DNA of 45,080 bases, taken from positions 67,685 to 112,764 of IMG/VR virus record IMGVR_UViG_2531839420_000002, one strand, 5' to 3'. The position numbers and the translations under genes were made by a program. Shown here one piece after another: positions 25,863 to 35,665 of this stretch; within the stretch, counting starts at the first letter, position 1; every line of letters begins with the position of its first letter. The notes below the pieces were generated by a model. That model did no database searches. It was not told the DNA's origin and worked only from the letters and a program-made list of their open reading frames with translations. This stretch comes from a virus.

Positions 25863-28800
25863 ATGGGTTACGTTTTCAAAATCCGCCCCTTGCCGGAAGC
25901 GCGCAGCTACTTTGCCGGCATCGGCAAGGCGGTCGCCGATCGCACTGTGAACCGCAAGATTACTCGTCGTCTGGACCTTCCCAAGCAGGTCCCCTTTTCC
26001 ATTCCCCGTGACGACTCGACCTCGCTGGACGCGCAGATTGCGGCCCTGGCCAAGTCCAACGGTCACGCTTTTGAGGGTGACTATCACGTCGAGTTTGGCG
26101 ACGACGAGGTGGTTCAGGGCTTTTATTGGGCCATCGGCGAGATCGTGACGGAGGAATGGGCAGACGTGGCCAGGCGCGTCGCGCTGGGTAACGCCCTGCT
26201 GCATCCGAAAAAGGACGCCCCGTTCGTCGGTGGCTTCCTCGACACCAACGTCTCATTCACCTCCGAGCAGCGCATCGAATTCGATCGGATGCACCATCAT
26301 CTGCGGCAGGCGTCCCTGTTGATGTCCGGCCGCCACCTCCAGCACGGCGATGAAACCCAGCCTGATCGTCCGATGGAGGTGTTCACGAATTGTCTGGAAT
26401 ATTCGACCCGTATCCTGACTATGGAGTATGGCCCTGTTGAGATCGGCAAGATTGTCGGTCAGACCGTGACGGTCATCGCCGGCGACGGTCAGCCACGTCC
26501 TGCCATGATCAACGCTCACGGCGAGCAGGATCTTTACGAGATCACCTTTCGCTCGCTCACTGGTGGCGGTGGCAAGTTCCGCCGCACCGTGAAGGCAACC
26601 GCCAATCACCGCTGGAAACTGCGCGACGGCTCCATCACTGCCTCGCTGAAGACCGGCGATGTGCTGACTCCCATTCATGCGGATGTTGGCATGAACGAGG
26701 CGGCAGTGGTTCACGGCTTGATCTTCGGTGACGGCACGGCTCACAAGGGTCGCCGCGACAATTATCGTCCCGGCATTTCACAGGGTCGCACCTACGCCAG
26801 CATTCGCGTTTGCAAGCAGGATGCGGTGCGCGATGAGGTTCATGGATGGCTGGACGCCGCCGGTTATCGCTACACCACGCCGCCCCACGCCAACGGTGAT
26901 CGCGTCTACTATATCGGCAAGTTCGAGCACGCGAAGGAACTGCCTTTCACGCGCGACCCCGAATACATCGCCGGGTTCATTTACGGCTGGTGGCTGGCTG
27001 ACGGCTACAAGGGTCAGGATCGTTGCCTGGAAATCTCGACCTCCAGTGAAATGGCGGCCGAATGGTTGGATGAGCACGCAGCTTACGCCGGCTTCAATGT
27101 GACCATGCACCGCGTCATGGAGCGCAAGGAAGGCGATGGCTCCTTCGCCAACGGCAAGGACTTGCATATCATTCGCCTTCGCAAAAACGTGGAGTGGAAG
27201 GTCGAGTCCATCGAGCACCTGGGCAAGGCCCCGGTTTATTGCCCCGAGGAGCCGGTCACTTCGACCTTCGTGCTCGCCAATGGGTTGCTGACTGGCAACT
27301 GCTCTAGCTCGGCCCTGTCCACCATTCTGTTCAAGCTGCTGCTGTCTGGCTCGGGCGTCGGTCGCGCCTATGACGACGACCTGATGGTTGTGGACTTCAA
27401 TCACATGCCTATTATCGTTCCGGTGATCGACTGGAGTCACAAGGACGTTCAGAGCGGAGAGATCACTGGCTACCTGACCGAGCGCGACGCGCGTCATCTC
27501 TATGCCGGCCGCGAAATCCACTATTTCCGCGTTCCTGACAGCCGCGAAGGCTGGGCTAAGGCGATCGAGCAGATCGAAAAACTGGCGTTCCTGCGCAAGC
27601 GCGAAGCGGTGCTGATCCTCGACTTCTCTGACGTTCGCCCCCGCGGCGCCGCGATTATGGGGATGCAGGGTCGCCCGGCTTCCGGCCCCGGGCCACTGAT
27701 GCAGGCGATCGGCAACGTCGGCCGGCTGCGCGACGCCGGCATGAAGCCTTGGCGCGCGACGATCTACGCCGATCACTATCTGGCCGAATGCGTTCTGGTC
27801 GGCGGCGCCCGCCGGGCCGCTCGTATGGCGACCAAGTTCTGGAAGGACGCCACGATCTTCGAGTTCATCGAGCTGAAGCGCGGCGGCTTCCTGTGGTCGT
27901 CCAACAACTCGATCACGATCGACCAGGAGTTCCGTGATCGCGTGGAGAACGTCTGGGGTTGGGTTCAGCTCAACCCCGGCGAGGACCCGCTCAAGGCTCG
28001 GTCCCTCATCGGCTGGCCCATCTTCGATAAGTGGGATCGGCACGCCTGGAAGGTCATGCAGGAGGCCCTGAAGGCGTCCTACTTCGATGGCACCGGCGAA
28101 CCCGGCTTCATCAACGTGGATATGCTGACTCAGAACGACGAGGGCATGGAGGTCTACGCCGACGGCATCTTCGCTGAGAGTGCGAAGTATCAGCTCGACG
28201 AGGAGACCAAGGAGATCGGCAAGGAGATCCTGCGGCGGGTGATGAACATGCCTTACCGCATGATCACCAATCCGTGTGGCGAGATCACCCTGTTGGTCCT
28301 GGGTGGCTACTGCGTCATTGCCGACGTTGTGCCTTTCCACGCCCAGGATTTGGACGACGCCGAAGATGCCTTCCGCACCGCGGCTCGGGCGCTGATCCGC
28401 ACCAACCTGATGGACAGTCTCTACAAGCGCGAAGTCAACCGGACGAACCGTATCGGCGTCGGCATTACCGGCCTGCATGAGTTCGCCTGGAGGTTCTTCA
28501 AGATCAGCTTTCGCGACATGGTGAACCCCGTTTTCCACGGCGGGCCGTGCGGGTGGGGCGTCGATCAGCTTGAGCTGATGGCGACCGACATGGACCCGAG
28601 CGTTCGCGCTGGCGCCTTTTGGCTCACTCTGTCCCGGTTCAAGCGGGCCGTCGTGGACGAATGCGAACGCTACGCCTCTGAGCTGGGCGTGACTGTGCCG
28701 CATACCAACACCACGATCAAGCCGGCCGGCACCACGTCCAAGCTGTTCGGCCTGTCTGAAGGCGCTCATCTCCCGGCGCTGCGCGAATACCTGCGTTGGG

Positions 28801-29351
28801 TCCAGTATCGCAACGATGACCCGTTGATTGCGAAGCTGGAAGAGCAGGGTTATCCGGTGCGTCGCCTGCGGACCTACTCGGGAACCACCATCGTCGGCTT
28901 CCCGACCGCGCCGGTGATCTGCCAGCTCGGAATGGGCGACAAGCTGGTGACGGCGCCCGAGGCGACCCCGGAGGAGCAGTTCGAGTATCTGCGCCTGCTG
29001 GAGCGCTTCTGGATCATCGGTGTCAAGGAAGACGGTTTTACCCCGCTGTCCGAAACCGGCAACCAGGTCAGCTACACCCTGAAGTATGATCCGAAGGTGG
29101 TCAGCTTCGAGGACTTCCAGCGCGCCATCATCGAGGGCCAGTTCACCGTCCGGTGCTGCTCGGTAATGCCGTCGGTGGATATGACCGCCTACGAGTATCA
29201 GCCCGAGGAACCTGTGACCAAGGCGGTCTATGAGTTGATCAGCGCCGCGATCCGTTCGGGCGAGGATCAGGAGGTCAAGGAAGACGTGGACTTCGCGCAT
29301 GTGGATTGCGCAAGCGGGGCTTGCCCCGTTGATTTCAACAAGGCTGCCTGA
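25863..29351 (+). CDS. nrdJ: Class II (B12-dependent) ribonucleotide reductase containing an intein
   Basis: SGSGVG, DSREGW, ASGPGPL, TNPCGEI, TTIKPAGT and C-terminal CASGACP; no NrdB nearby. Confidence 0.88.
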   Translation: MGYVFKIRPLPEARSYFAGIGKAVADRTVNRKITRRLDLPKQVPFSIPRDDSTSLDAQIAALAKSNGHAFEGDYHVEFGDDEVVQGFYWAIGEIVTEEWADVARRVALGNALLHPKKDAPFVGGFLDTNVSFTSEQRIEFDRMHHHLRQASLLMSGRHLQHGDETQPDRPMEVFTNCLEYSTRILTMEYGPVEIGKIVGQTVTVIAGDGQPRPAMINAHGEQDLYEITFRSLTGGGGKFRRTVKATANHRWKLRDGSITASLKTGDVLTPIHADVGMNEAAVVHGLIFGDGTAHKGRRDNYRPGISQGRTYASIRVCKQDAVRDEVHGWLDAAGYRYTTPPHANGDRVYYIGKFEHAKELPFTRDPEYIAGFIYGWWLADGYKGQDRCLEISTSSEMAAEWLDEHAAYAGFNVTMHRVMERKEGDGSFANGKDLHIIRLRKNVEWKVESIEHLGKAPVYCPEEPVTSTFVLANGLLTGNCSSSALSTILFKLLLSGSGVGRAYDDDLMVVDFNHMPIIVPVIDWSHKDVQSGEITGYLTERDARHLYAGREIHYFRVPDSREGWAKAIEQIEKLAFLRKREAVLILDFSDVRPRGAAIMGMQGRPASGPGPLMQAIGNVGRLRDAGMKPWRATIYADHYLAECVLVGGARRAARMATKFWKDATIFEFIELKRGGFLWSSNNSITIDQEFRDRVENVWGWVQLNPGEDPLKARSLIGWPIFDKWDRHAWKVMQEALKASYFDGTGEPGFINVDMLTQNDEGMEVYADGIFAESAKYQLDEETKEIGKEILRRVMNMPYRMITNPCGEITLLVLGGYCVIADVVPFHAQDLDDAEDAFRTAARALIRTNLMDSLYKREVNRTNRIGVGITGLHEFAWRFFKISFRDMVNPVFHGGPCGWGVDQLELMATDMDPSVRAGAFWLTLSRFKRAVVDECERYASELGVTVPHTNTTIKPAGTTSKLFGLSEGAHLPALREYLRWVQYRNDDPLIAKLEEQGYPVRRLRTYSGTTIVGFPTAPVICQLGMGDKLVTAPEATPEEQFEYLRLLERFWIIGVKEDGFTPLSETGNQVSYTLKYDPKVVSFEDFQRAIIEGQFTVRCCSVMPSVDMTAYEYQPEEPVTKAVYELISAAIRSGEDQEVKEDVDFAHVDCASGACPVDFNKAA
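26391..27299 (+). mobile_element. Intein with LAGLIDADG homing endonuclease (303 aa)
   Basis: TN|CLEYSTRILT ... ATANHRW ... GLIFGDG ... GWWLADG ... VYC...FVLANGLLTGN|C. Confidence 0.92.
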
Positions 29352-29365
29352 AGGAGGTGATTGTC

Positions 29366-29404
29366 ATGGCCAAGCCGAAGCGCAAGGGCGGGGGTCGCTG
29401 CTGA
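29366..29404 (+). CDS. Candidate 12-aa basic micropeptide MAKPKRKGGGRC
   Basis: AAGGAGGTGA Shine-Dalgarno 5 nt before ATG. Confidence 0.45.
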   Translation: MAKPKRKGGGRC

Positions 29405-29405
29405 T

Positions 29406-29454
29406 CAATCAACGCTGATTTATGCCGCTTGCTGCGTCAAGTCAGCGTTGATAT
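29406..29454. promoter_or_regulatory. Two operator copies
   Basis: CAATCAACGCTGATTT and AAGTCAGCGTTGATAT. Confidence 0.65.
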
Positions 29455-29521
29455 TATCACACCCATGAGCAACCCGCCCCGAGCAACGCGGGGCGGGAAG
29501 CCAAAACAAACGGAGGAATAG

Positions 29522-29740
29522 ATGGGCGAACGTCATTTTGAAGCCAAAACACAGGGGCATGACCCCGAGGCTCGCGTCAAGCAAATCGCCGGTCTGATCC
29601 GCTCCCTTCCCTATCGCGAAATGAAGCAGTTGGGTGAAGAAATTTGCCATCACATCACCGAAAGCGGCGCTGTCGATGAGCATAACCAGAGCGACGTGAC
29701 CGAAGGTTTGTTGCGCTGGGCCGAAGGGAAGGTGTCCTGA
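29522..29740 (+). CDS. Hypothetical protein
   Basis: GGAGG RBS; 72 aa. Confidence 0.65.
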   Translation: MGERHFEAKTQGHDPEARVKQIAGLIRSLPYREMKQLGEEICHHITESGAVDEHNQSDVTEGLLRWAEGKVS

Positions 29741-29742
29741 TC

Positions 29743-29946
29743 ATGATGACGCTTCCTGAACAGATCGAAAATCGGATGCTTTCAGGTGAACCGTTTACCT
29801 ATGGCGATTTGTGCAGGTATTTCGACAACGGCGAAAAGCATGGTCGTCTTATTGACCAAATCATTCAGAGACTTCGCAAGAAGGGGATGATCGCGTTCAC
29901 CAGGGTCGGCCGTCAGGTGATCTGGAAGCGTGTCGAAAAGGAGTAA
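29743..29946 (+). CDS. Small hypothetical protein, possibly winged-helix
   Basis: IDQIIQRLRKKGMIAF..GRQVIW. Confidence 0.6.
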   Translation: MMTLPEQIENRMLSGEPFTYGDLCRYFDNGEKHGRLIDQIIQRLRKKGMIAFTRVGRQVIWKRVEKE

Positions 29947-29949
29947 GCC

Positions 29950-30870
29950 GTGCAGGAATATCTCAACCTTCTTAGTCAGGTTCTCAGTTCTGGCACCGAG
30001 AAAGACGACCGCACCGGCACCGGCACCCGGTCTGTATTCGGCGCTCAGATGCGCTTTCGGCTCTACAATGGCTTCCCGCTGCTGACCACCAAGAAGATCC
30101 ACTGGAAGTCGGTCGTTCATGAGCTGCTGTGGTTCATCAAGGGCGACACCAACATCGCCTATCTGAAGGAGAATGGCGTCTCGATTTGGGACGAATGGGC
30201 CGATGAGAACGGCGATCTGGGGCCGATTTACGGTGAACAGTGGCGCTCCTGGCCAGCATATCCGCTCGATCCAATGGGGCGCTTGAGCATCGACCAACTT
30301 GGTGACGCCATTCACACGTTGCGCACCAATCCCGACAGTCGGCGTATCATTATCAACGCCTGGAATGTCGGCAGCCTGCATGAGATGGCTCTGGCGCCGT
30401 GTCACTGTCTGTTTCAGTTCAACAGCCGACCCATTGCGCATTATCATCGCGTGTCTCTTGGCGCCGGCCTGGGCGTTGTCATGCCCACTGGTGCGTCGCC
30501 CGACGAGGAAGCGAATATTCTCGACGAAGCTGGCATTCCGCGGCGGATGCTGGATCTCCAGCTCTACCAGCGCTCGGCGGATCTGTTCCTCGGCGTGCCG
30601 TTTAACATCGCTTCCTACTCGCTGTTGCTGTTGATGGTGGCCCAGGTTACGGGGCACACGCCAGGCGAATTCGTGTGGACCGGCGGCGACGTGCATCTTT
30701 ATCTGAACCATTTCGAGCAGGCTCGCGAACAGATCGAGCGGCTGCCTCTCTTTCTTCCCGACCTGCGCCTGAACCCCAAGGTTCGCGAGATCGACGATTT
30801 CAAGTTCGAGGATATCACGCTGATCGGCTACGACCCGCATCCGGCAATCAAGGCGCCGGTAGCGGTCTGA
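29950..30870 (+). CDS. thyA: Thymidylate synthase
   Basis: [22 protein letters not shown] and [14 protein letters not shown]. Confidence 0.97.
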   Translation: MQEYLNLLSQVLSSGTEKDDRTGTGTRSVFGAQMRFRLYNGFPLLTTKKIHWKSVVHELLWFIKGDTNIAYLKENGVSIWDEWADENGDLGPIYGEQWRSWPAYPLDPMGRLSIDQLGDAIHTLRTNPDSRRIIINAWNVGSLHEMALAPCHCLFQFNSRPIAHYHRVSLGAGLGVVMPTGASPDEEANILDEAGIPRRMLDLQLYQRSADLFLGVPFNIASYSLLLLMVAQVTGHTPGEFVWTGGDVHLYLNHFEQAREQIERLPLFLPDLRLNPKVREIDDFKFEDITLIGYDPHPAIKAPVAV

Positions 30871-30880
30871 GGAGAGCAAC

Positions 30881-31402
30881 ATGCGTTTGAACATCATCGT
30901 CGCCGCTTCGCAAAATGGCGTCATCGGCTATCGAGGCGTCATGCCCTGGCACATTCCTGATGATCTGCGTCACTTCAAGGCGACGACCATGGGCCACCCG
31001 GTGATCATGGGCCGCAAGACCTGGGAGAGCATTGGCGAACAGTTCGGCCAGAAGACCTGGGAGCGTCTCGGTAAACAGCTTCCTGGGCGTCTGAACATCG
31101 TTCTGACCAGCGCCAAGGTCGGAATGGAAGTTGGATCGCCCTTCTTGGTCAATAGCCTTGAGCGGGCGCTGGTCTGGGCGGAAGCCGCCGGCACTGGTGA
31201 GGCGTTCATCATCGGCGGCGCCGCGATCTACGAACTGGCGATGCCGCTCGTTGAGCGGATCTATCTGACCGAGGTTCACAGGAATGTCGTCGGGGATGCC
31301 TATTTCCCCAATATCGACCGCACGGCCTGGCGCGAGGTTTCGCGCGAGGATCGTGAAACTCACAGCTTTGTCGTCTTCGACAGGGCCATTGTTCACGCCT
31401 GA
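30881..31402 (+). CDS. folA: Dihydrofolate reductase
   Basis: MPWHIPDDLRHFK, MGRKTWES, LPGR, IIGGA and GDAYFP. Confidence 0.95.
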   Translation: MRLNIIVAASQNGVIGYRGVMPWHIPDDLRHFKATTMGHPVIMGRKTWESIGEQFGQKTWERLGKQLPGRLNIVLTSAKVGMEVGSPFLVNSLERALVWAEAAGTGEAFIIGGAAIYELAMPLVERIYLTEVHRNVVGDAYFPNIDRTAWREVSREDRETHSFVVFDRAIVHA

Positions 31403-31413
31403 AAGGAAAAGTC

Positions 31414-31716
31414 ATGACTGAATTGACGAAAAACGAGAACCTGCCCAGCGCCCCCGAGGGCGGACAGTTGCCGATCAGCATTTACGATCTGGAGACGAGC
31501 CCGGTCGAAGGTTTCAAGCCGGGGTTCTACTACTCTCTGGCCAAGGCCGAAGAAAACCAGGACGCCGCCGAAATTCGCATCTGGGGTCCGTTCGAGAACG
31601 CCGAAAAAGCTGGCGAGGCTGGCGCCCTTCATTTTGCCCGTATTCTCGCCGCCGTGATGGGCGTGCAGTTCGAGGACTCCACTGACGAAGCCACCCAGGA
31701 AAAGGAAGCCGCTTGA
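31414..31716 (+). CDS. Hypothetical protein
   Basis: 100 aa ORF with AAGGA RBS. Confidence 0.65.
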   Translation: MTELTKNENLPSAPEGGQLPISIYDLETSPVEGFKPGFYYSLAKAEENQDAAEIRIWGPFENAEKAGEAGALHFARILAAVMGVQFEDSTDEATQEKEAA

Positions 31717-32141
31717 TGTTCGTCATCCCGTTCAAGAAGCTCGACCCTGCCGCCGTCATTCCGAGCTATGGCAGCGCTGGCGCCGCCGGCATGGACCTGT
31801 CCTCGATCGAAGAAACCATCGTCGCCCCCGGTGATCGTCGGCTGGTAAAGACTGGCATTGCCGGGGCTGTCCCGTCGGGCTTTTACGCCCGCATAGCTCC
31901 GCGTTCGGGCCTGGCGCTGAAGCACGGGATCGACGTGCTGGCCGGCGTGGTGGATGAGGACTATCGGGGCGAAATCGGGGTGATCCTGATCAACACCGGG
32001 CAGACTTCTTTCGTCGTCAAGGCTGGCGATCGGATCGCCCAGCTCATCGTCGAGCAGATCGGCCGCCCGGCGCCGATCGAGGTGGATGATCTGCCCGACA
32101 CGGTTCGCGGCGCCGGCGGTTTCGGGTCCACGGGGGTCTGA
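31716..32141 (+). CDS. dut: dUTPase (trimeric)
   Basis: AGMDL, PRSGLA, GVVDEDYRGE, RIAQL and RGAGGFGSTG. Confidence 0.97.
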   Translation: MFVIPFKKLDPAAVIPSYGSAGAAGMDLSSIEETIVAPGDRRLVKTGIAGAVPSGFYARIAPRSGLALKHGIDVLAGVVDEDYRGEIGVILINTGQTSFVVKAGDRIAQLIVEQIGRPAPIEVDDLPDTVRGAGGFGSTGV

Positions 32142-32143
32142 TC

Positions 32144-32446
32144 ATGATTAACGTCATCGCCTCCATCGTTCTGACTTTGGCCCTGGCTGTGTTCTGCGCC
32201 GAGGCCGAAGCGAAGGGCGGTGGCGGCGGTGGCGGCGGTCATGCTTCGGCGGGCGCTCGCGCGTCCGTCAGTTCGGCCAAGCCCGCCACCGCCAGTTCCT
32301 CCCACCCCAATACCTCGGCGAAATCCGCTTCGACTGACAGTCTCTCCGGTTTCAGCTTCCCGGCTTGGTTCCCGTCCGCTCACGGCGGATCGTCGAACTG
32401 CACCGACGGCGCCGGTAAACACGTTCGCTGCGGAAAGGACGACTGA
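32144..32446 (+). CDS. Small exported Gly/Ser-rich protein
   Basis: Signal peptide ending AEA-KGGGGGGGG; two Cys near the C-terminus. Confidence 0.6.
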   Translation: MINVIASIVLTLALAVFCAEAEAKGGGGGGGGHASAGARASVSSAKPATASSSHPNTSAKSASTDSLSGFSFPAWFPSAHGGSSNCTDGAGKHVRCGKDD

Positions 32447-33054
32447 TGCTTGGATTGATCGGCGCGCATCGCACCGGGAAGACCACCCTCGCTCGCGAGT
32501 ATGCAGCCAGGTCTGGTCTTCTCTTTATTACCTCTAGCTCGACCGCAGTTCACGCCGAACTTGGCATCCCGATGGACGCCGATCTCGATATGCAAACCCG
32601 CCTGAAGGTTCAACACGCGATCCTCGATAGAGCCGAAGAAGATATTCACCGGGCGTCTGGCCCCTTTGTCAGCGACCGGACTCCTCTCGACATGGCGGCG
32701 TATCTGCTGGCTGACGTTGGGCGCTCTAACGTCAGCCGGGTCGAGATCGACGCGGCAATGAAGTATGTCGAGCGCTGCTACGACATGACCAACACCTACT
32801 TCTTCCGCTTGGTTCTGGTGTCGCCCGGCATCCCTTATGTGGTTGAGGAAGGGAAGCCTCCGTTCAATGTCGCCTATCAGGAGCACCATCACGCCCTGGT
32901 ATCCGGCCTCGCCTACGACGAGCGCTGCGAAGTCAGCCTGGATGTGCTCCCGCGCGATTGCCTCAGTCTCAAGGAGCGTCTGAGCAGTCTGGACGAAATC
33001 GCCAAGGACGTTTCGAAGGAGATCGCCAAGGATCGCAATCTCTATTTGCACTGA
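32446..33054 (+). CDS. P-loop nucleotide kinase-like protein (NadR/AAA_28 type)
   Basis: GAHRTGKTT and SDRTPLD. Confidence 0.8.
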   Translation: MLGLIGAHRTGKTTLAREYAARSGLLFITSSSTAVHAELGIPMDADLDMQTRLKVQHAILDRAEEDIHRASGPFVSDRTPLDMAAYLLADVGRSNVSRVEIDAAMKYVERCYDMTNTYFFRLVLVSPGIPYVVEEGKPPFNVAYQEHHHALVSGLAYDERCEVSLDVLPRDCLSLKERLSSLDEIAKDVSKEIAKDRNLYLH

Positions 33055-33153
33055 TCGGCAAAAGCGGGTGGTCAAGTCAAAATTGACTAGACTGCCCGCA
33101 CTTCTCGACGCTATATTTCCATTAGAGAACAACGCACAAGCGAGGAGATAGAC

Positions 33154-33696
33154 ATGAATAAGCTGACCAATTTCGACCGAGATCAAATCGTCGGCGCCGT
33201 GCTGAAGGACGCCTTCGACGCTCGCAATCAAGCGCACCAAGACGAAGGTTATGCGCTAGGCATGTCCATCTACGCCGACGTATTTGGCGAGAAGATGATC
33301 GGACAAATGAACGCTCTGCCTGATGGCTGGTTGCCGACTATCAAGGTCGTCAAGGTGATGATCGCCGGCGCGTGGACCGAACTGGTCTTGAGTGATTTCG
33401 TTCGGGTGCTCGCCAGCCGTAACGGTCACTGCCTCAAATCCTATGAGGCTACCGATCCGCTGGCAGAGCGCTTCACTGCATGGGCGAATGCTGGCGAGGA
33501 AATCAGGGTCCAAAAGAGCGAACTGCGTAACAAGGTTCGCGCTCTGGTCTACTCTGTCACCACCGTCAAGAAGCTGATCGAGGTGTGGCCCGAAGCGGTC
33601 AACTACCTGCCGAAGAAGACCGTCCCGGTCAAGCTGCCGGCGGTTTGCGGCTCTGATTTGAACTCGCTCATTGCCGACCTGAAGGAGGCAGCGTGA
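33154..33696 (+). CDS. Nmad5-like (nucleotide-modification-associated) protein
   Basis: KLTNFDRDQI...SVTTVKKLIEVWPEA; family call is from recognition only. Confidence 0.65.
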   Translation: MNKLTNFDRDQIVGAVLKDAFDARNQAHQDEGYALGMSIYADVFGEKMIGQMNALPDGWLPTIKVVKVMIAGAWTELVLSDFVRVLASRNGHCLKSYEATDPLAERFTAWANAGEEIRVQKSELRNKVRALVYSVTTVKKLIEVWPEAVNYLPKKTVPVKLPAVCGSDLNSLIADLKEAA

Positions 33697-34004
33697 TGGC
33701 CCAGGTCGTCAACTTCACGCCTCGCGCGTCGAAAAAGTCATCTCCCCGTCGTTTAGGCCCGGCGAGGCCGATGAGGATCGTTCACGCCACTCACGGCGAT
33801 GGTCGCTTTGGCACTGTGGTCTTCAATGATCGCGGCGAGGCCAAAATGATCGCTCACCAGAGCGATCCCTATACCGAAGAACAGAAGGCGTCGGCTCTCC
33901 CTCACGAGATGCCGACCGCCGACGACATGCAGGTGTTGCCCACCGGCTACGCCCGGCACCTGGAGGTGCAGAAGCGCCGGGCGGCTTTCCGGGTCGTTTC
34001 GTGA
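33693..34004 (+). CDS. Hypothetical protein
   Basis: Coupled ORF. Confidence 0.6.
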   Translation: MMAQVVNFTPRASKKSSPRRLGPARPMRIVHATHGDGRFGTVVFNDRGEAKMIAHQSDPYTEEQKASALPHEMPTADDMQVLPTGYARHLEVQKRRAAFRVVS

Positions 34005-34456
34005 TGGAACCCCGGCTCCCCACCCTGAAGGAGGAACTCGACCGTAAAGTTCTCGATGCGGTCGAGGCAATTCTCTGGCGCCTGGAGTCGAAGCAGATCA
34101 ACCAGGCACAGGCGTCCGAAGCCGCCAACGCTCTGTTCACGGCCACCGCCGGTCTGATCGACCGCGAAGTGCTCAATGTGATGTGCGCCATTCGCGACCA
34201 TGACGAGACCGAGTATGTCGAGCGCGAGGTGCTAACCAAGCCGGGAGCGATGGGGACGGGCGTGACCATCATCGAGCGTCCGGTTGGTGCCGCCGTCGTG
34301 CGGCTCATGTCGAAGCTGGGGCATGACGGCTCTTTTGGCGTGAACAAAATCTACAGGTTCGATGACGCTCAGCATCCAGCGGAGGCGGCCTTCGATGCGA
34401 AGACCGCCTTGTTGAACCGAATGAAAACCCTTGGCTGGAGCCCGCTATGTCCCTGA
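34001..34456 (+). CDS. Hypothetical protein
   Basis: Coupled ORF, 151 aa. Confidence 0.65.
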   Translation: MMEPRLPTLKEELDRKVLDAVEAILWRLESKQINQAQASEAANALFTATAGLIDREVLNVMCAIRDHDETEYVEREVLTKPGAMGTGVTIIERPVGAAVVRLMSKLGHDGSFGVNKIYRFDDAQHPAEAAFDAKTALLNRMKTLGWSPLCP

Positions 34457-35004
34457 TCACCTTCCTTGATACCGAAACCACCGGGCTGGAGCAGTCGGAA
34501 GGTCATCGCCTGGTCGAGGTCTGCATGAGGGTCTACGACCTCGACACTCGGAAGCTTCGGGTGAACTTCGTTCAGAGGATCAACCCGGAGCGCTCGATCG
34601 CGGCTGCTGCCCAGGCGGTTCACGGCATCAGCCTCGCTGAGCTGGCTGGCGAACCGACATGGCCGGCGGTCGCACCGAAGGTTCACAAGATCCTCAGCTC
34701 TTCGGCCTGGGCGGTCGCCCACAATGCGGCGTTCGACATGCCATTCGTCGGGCTTGAGTTGGTTCGCATCGGCATGACCTGCCCGTCGGTGAACGTGTTC
34801 TGCACGATGGAAGAGGGCCGCTGGGCCACGCCGAATGGAAAACTCCCGAGCCTGAAGGAGCTGTGCTTCGCCTGCGACGTTCCCTACGACCCATCCAAGG
34901 CCCACGCCGCCGAGTATGACGTGGATTGTATGGCTCAGTCCTTTTGGCGCGGTCTCGATTGGGGGTTTTTCTCGATCGGTGCAGAGGAAAGGGAAGCGGC
35001 ATGA
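34447..35004 (+). CDS. DEDDh 3'-5' exonuclease (DnaQ/epsilon-like)
   Basis: LDTETTG, AHNAAFD and AHAAEYD. Confidence 0.92.
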   Translation: MSLITFLDTETTGLEQSEGHRLVEVCMRVYDLDTRKLRVNFVQRINPERSIAAAAQAVHGISLAELAGEPTWPAVAPKVHKILSSSAWAVAHNAAFDMPFVGLELVRIGMTCPSVNVFCTMEEGRWATPNGKLPSLKELCFACDVPYDPSKAHAAEYDVDCMAQSFWRGLDWGFFSIGAEEREAA

Positions 35005-35204
35005 TCGCGCGTGAAATCGTGACTGAGTTGGAGAGGCTTGGCGTGCCCGACTACTCGATCGAACGAGGCAGAAAGCACCCCAAGCTGCGCATCAACGTCA
35101 ACGGCGCCAGCAAAATATATGTGTTGCCTGGAACATCTTCGGATCATCGGGCACTTAGGAACGCGATTTGTGGTATAAGAAGGCTCGTAAAGGGAATGGC
35201 ATGA
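35001..35204 (+). CDS. HicA-like small protein
   Basis: ERGRKHPKL...LPGTSSDHRALRN. Confidence 0.55.
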   Translation: MIAREIVTELERLGVPDYSIERGRKHPKLRINVNGASKIYVLPGTSSDHRALRNAICGIRRLVKGMA

Positions 35205-35653
35205 AGCACGATCCAGAGTTGGCGAACGAATTGCGTGAGCTTGCCAAGTTGAAGCAGCAACTTGGCCAAGAGGACGAGGCTGTTCTCTTAAACAGGTTGG
35301 CTGGCATGGCCGACACGGAACCTTCGATCTCTTTTCACGAGCGAATTAAGAGCGCTCTCTGCATTGGTCGAAACGTTCCAACCTACAACAGGATCGTTCT
35401 CGGACGGAACGAGAGTTTGCGCGGCAGTCTCTACCTGGGGTGGGTTCTCGTGCCTTTTTGGCTGCCAACTTCGTTACTCCAGATTATCGCCCCGCCGCTC
35501 ATTGAGATCCTCTCGGCCAGCGTCGCGATAGTCGCCGGCGTTTTCGCCTGGTTGATGGTGCAGGTAATGCTGCTAGTCGCCGCTCCGCTGGGCATGGTGC
35601 GTCGGGGGAACGCAGGCGAACTTGCAGACGAAGATGACTTTTCCGCTGCGTGA
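35201..35653 (+). CDS. Predicted membrane protein
   Basis: ATGA-coupled start; C-terminal hydrophobic segments. Confidence 0.6.
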   Translation: MKHDPELANELRELAKLKQQLGQEDEAVLLNRLAGMADTEPSISFHERIKSALCIGRNVPTYNRIVLGRNESLRGSLYLGWVLVPFWLPTSLLQIIAPPLIEILSASVAIVAGVFAWLMVQVMLLVAAPLGMVRRGNAGELADEDDFSAA

Positions 35654-35665
35654 CCGGGTTGGGCC

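Noticed and set aside
26778-29300. 840-aa minus-strand ORF and other long antisense ORFs (e.g. 9762-10925, 15382-16755, 29782-30924)
   Set aside because: Shadow ORFs of GC-rich, well-supported + strand genes; no recognisable motifs.
29413-29421. Self-target of guide 7 (spacer B AAATCAGCG matches an operator half-site)
   Set aside because: Adjacent bases do not match spacer A; a lone 9-mer match is plausible by chance. The same applies to AAAGGCAAA near 13245.
33934-33942. Extra TGTTGCCCA loop-repeat copy
   Set aside because: Inside a CDS, with no CCA 9 nt upstream, no TG 9 nt downstream and no closing stem.
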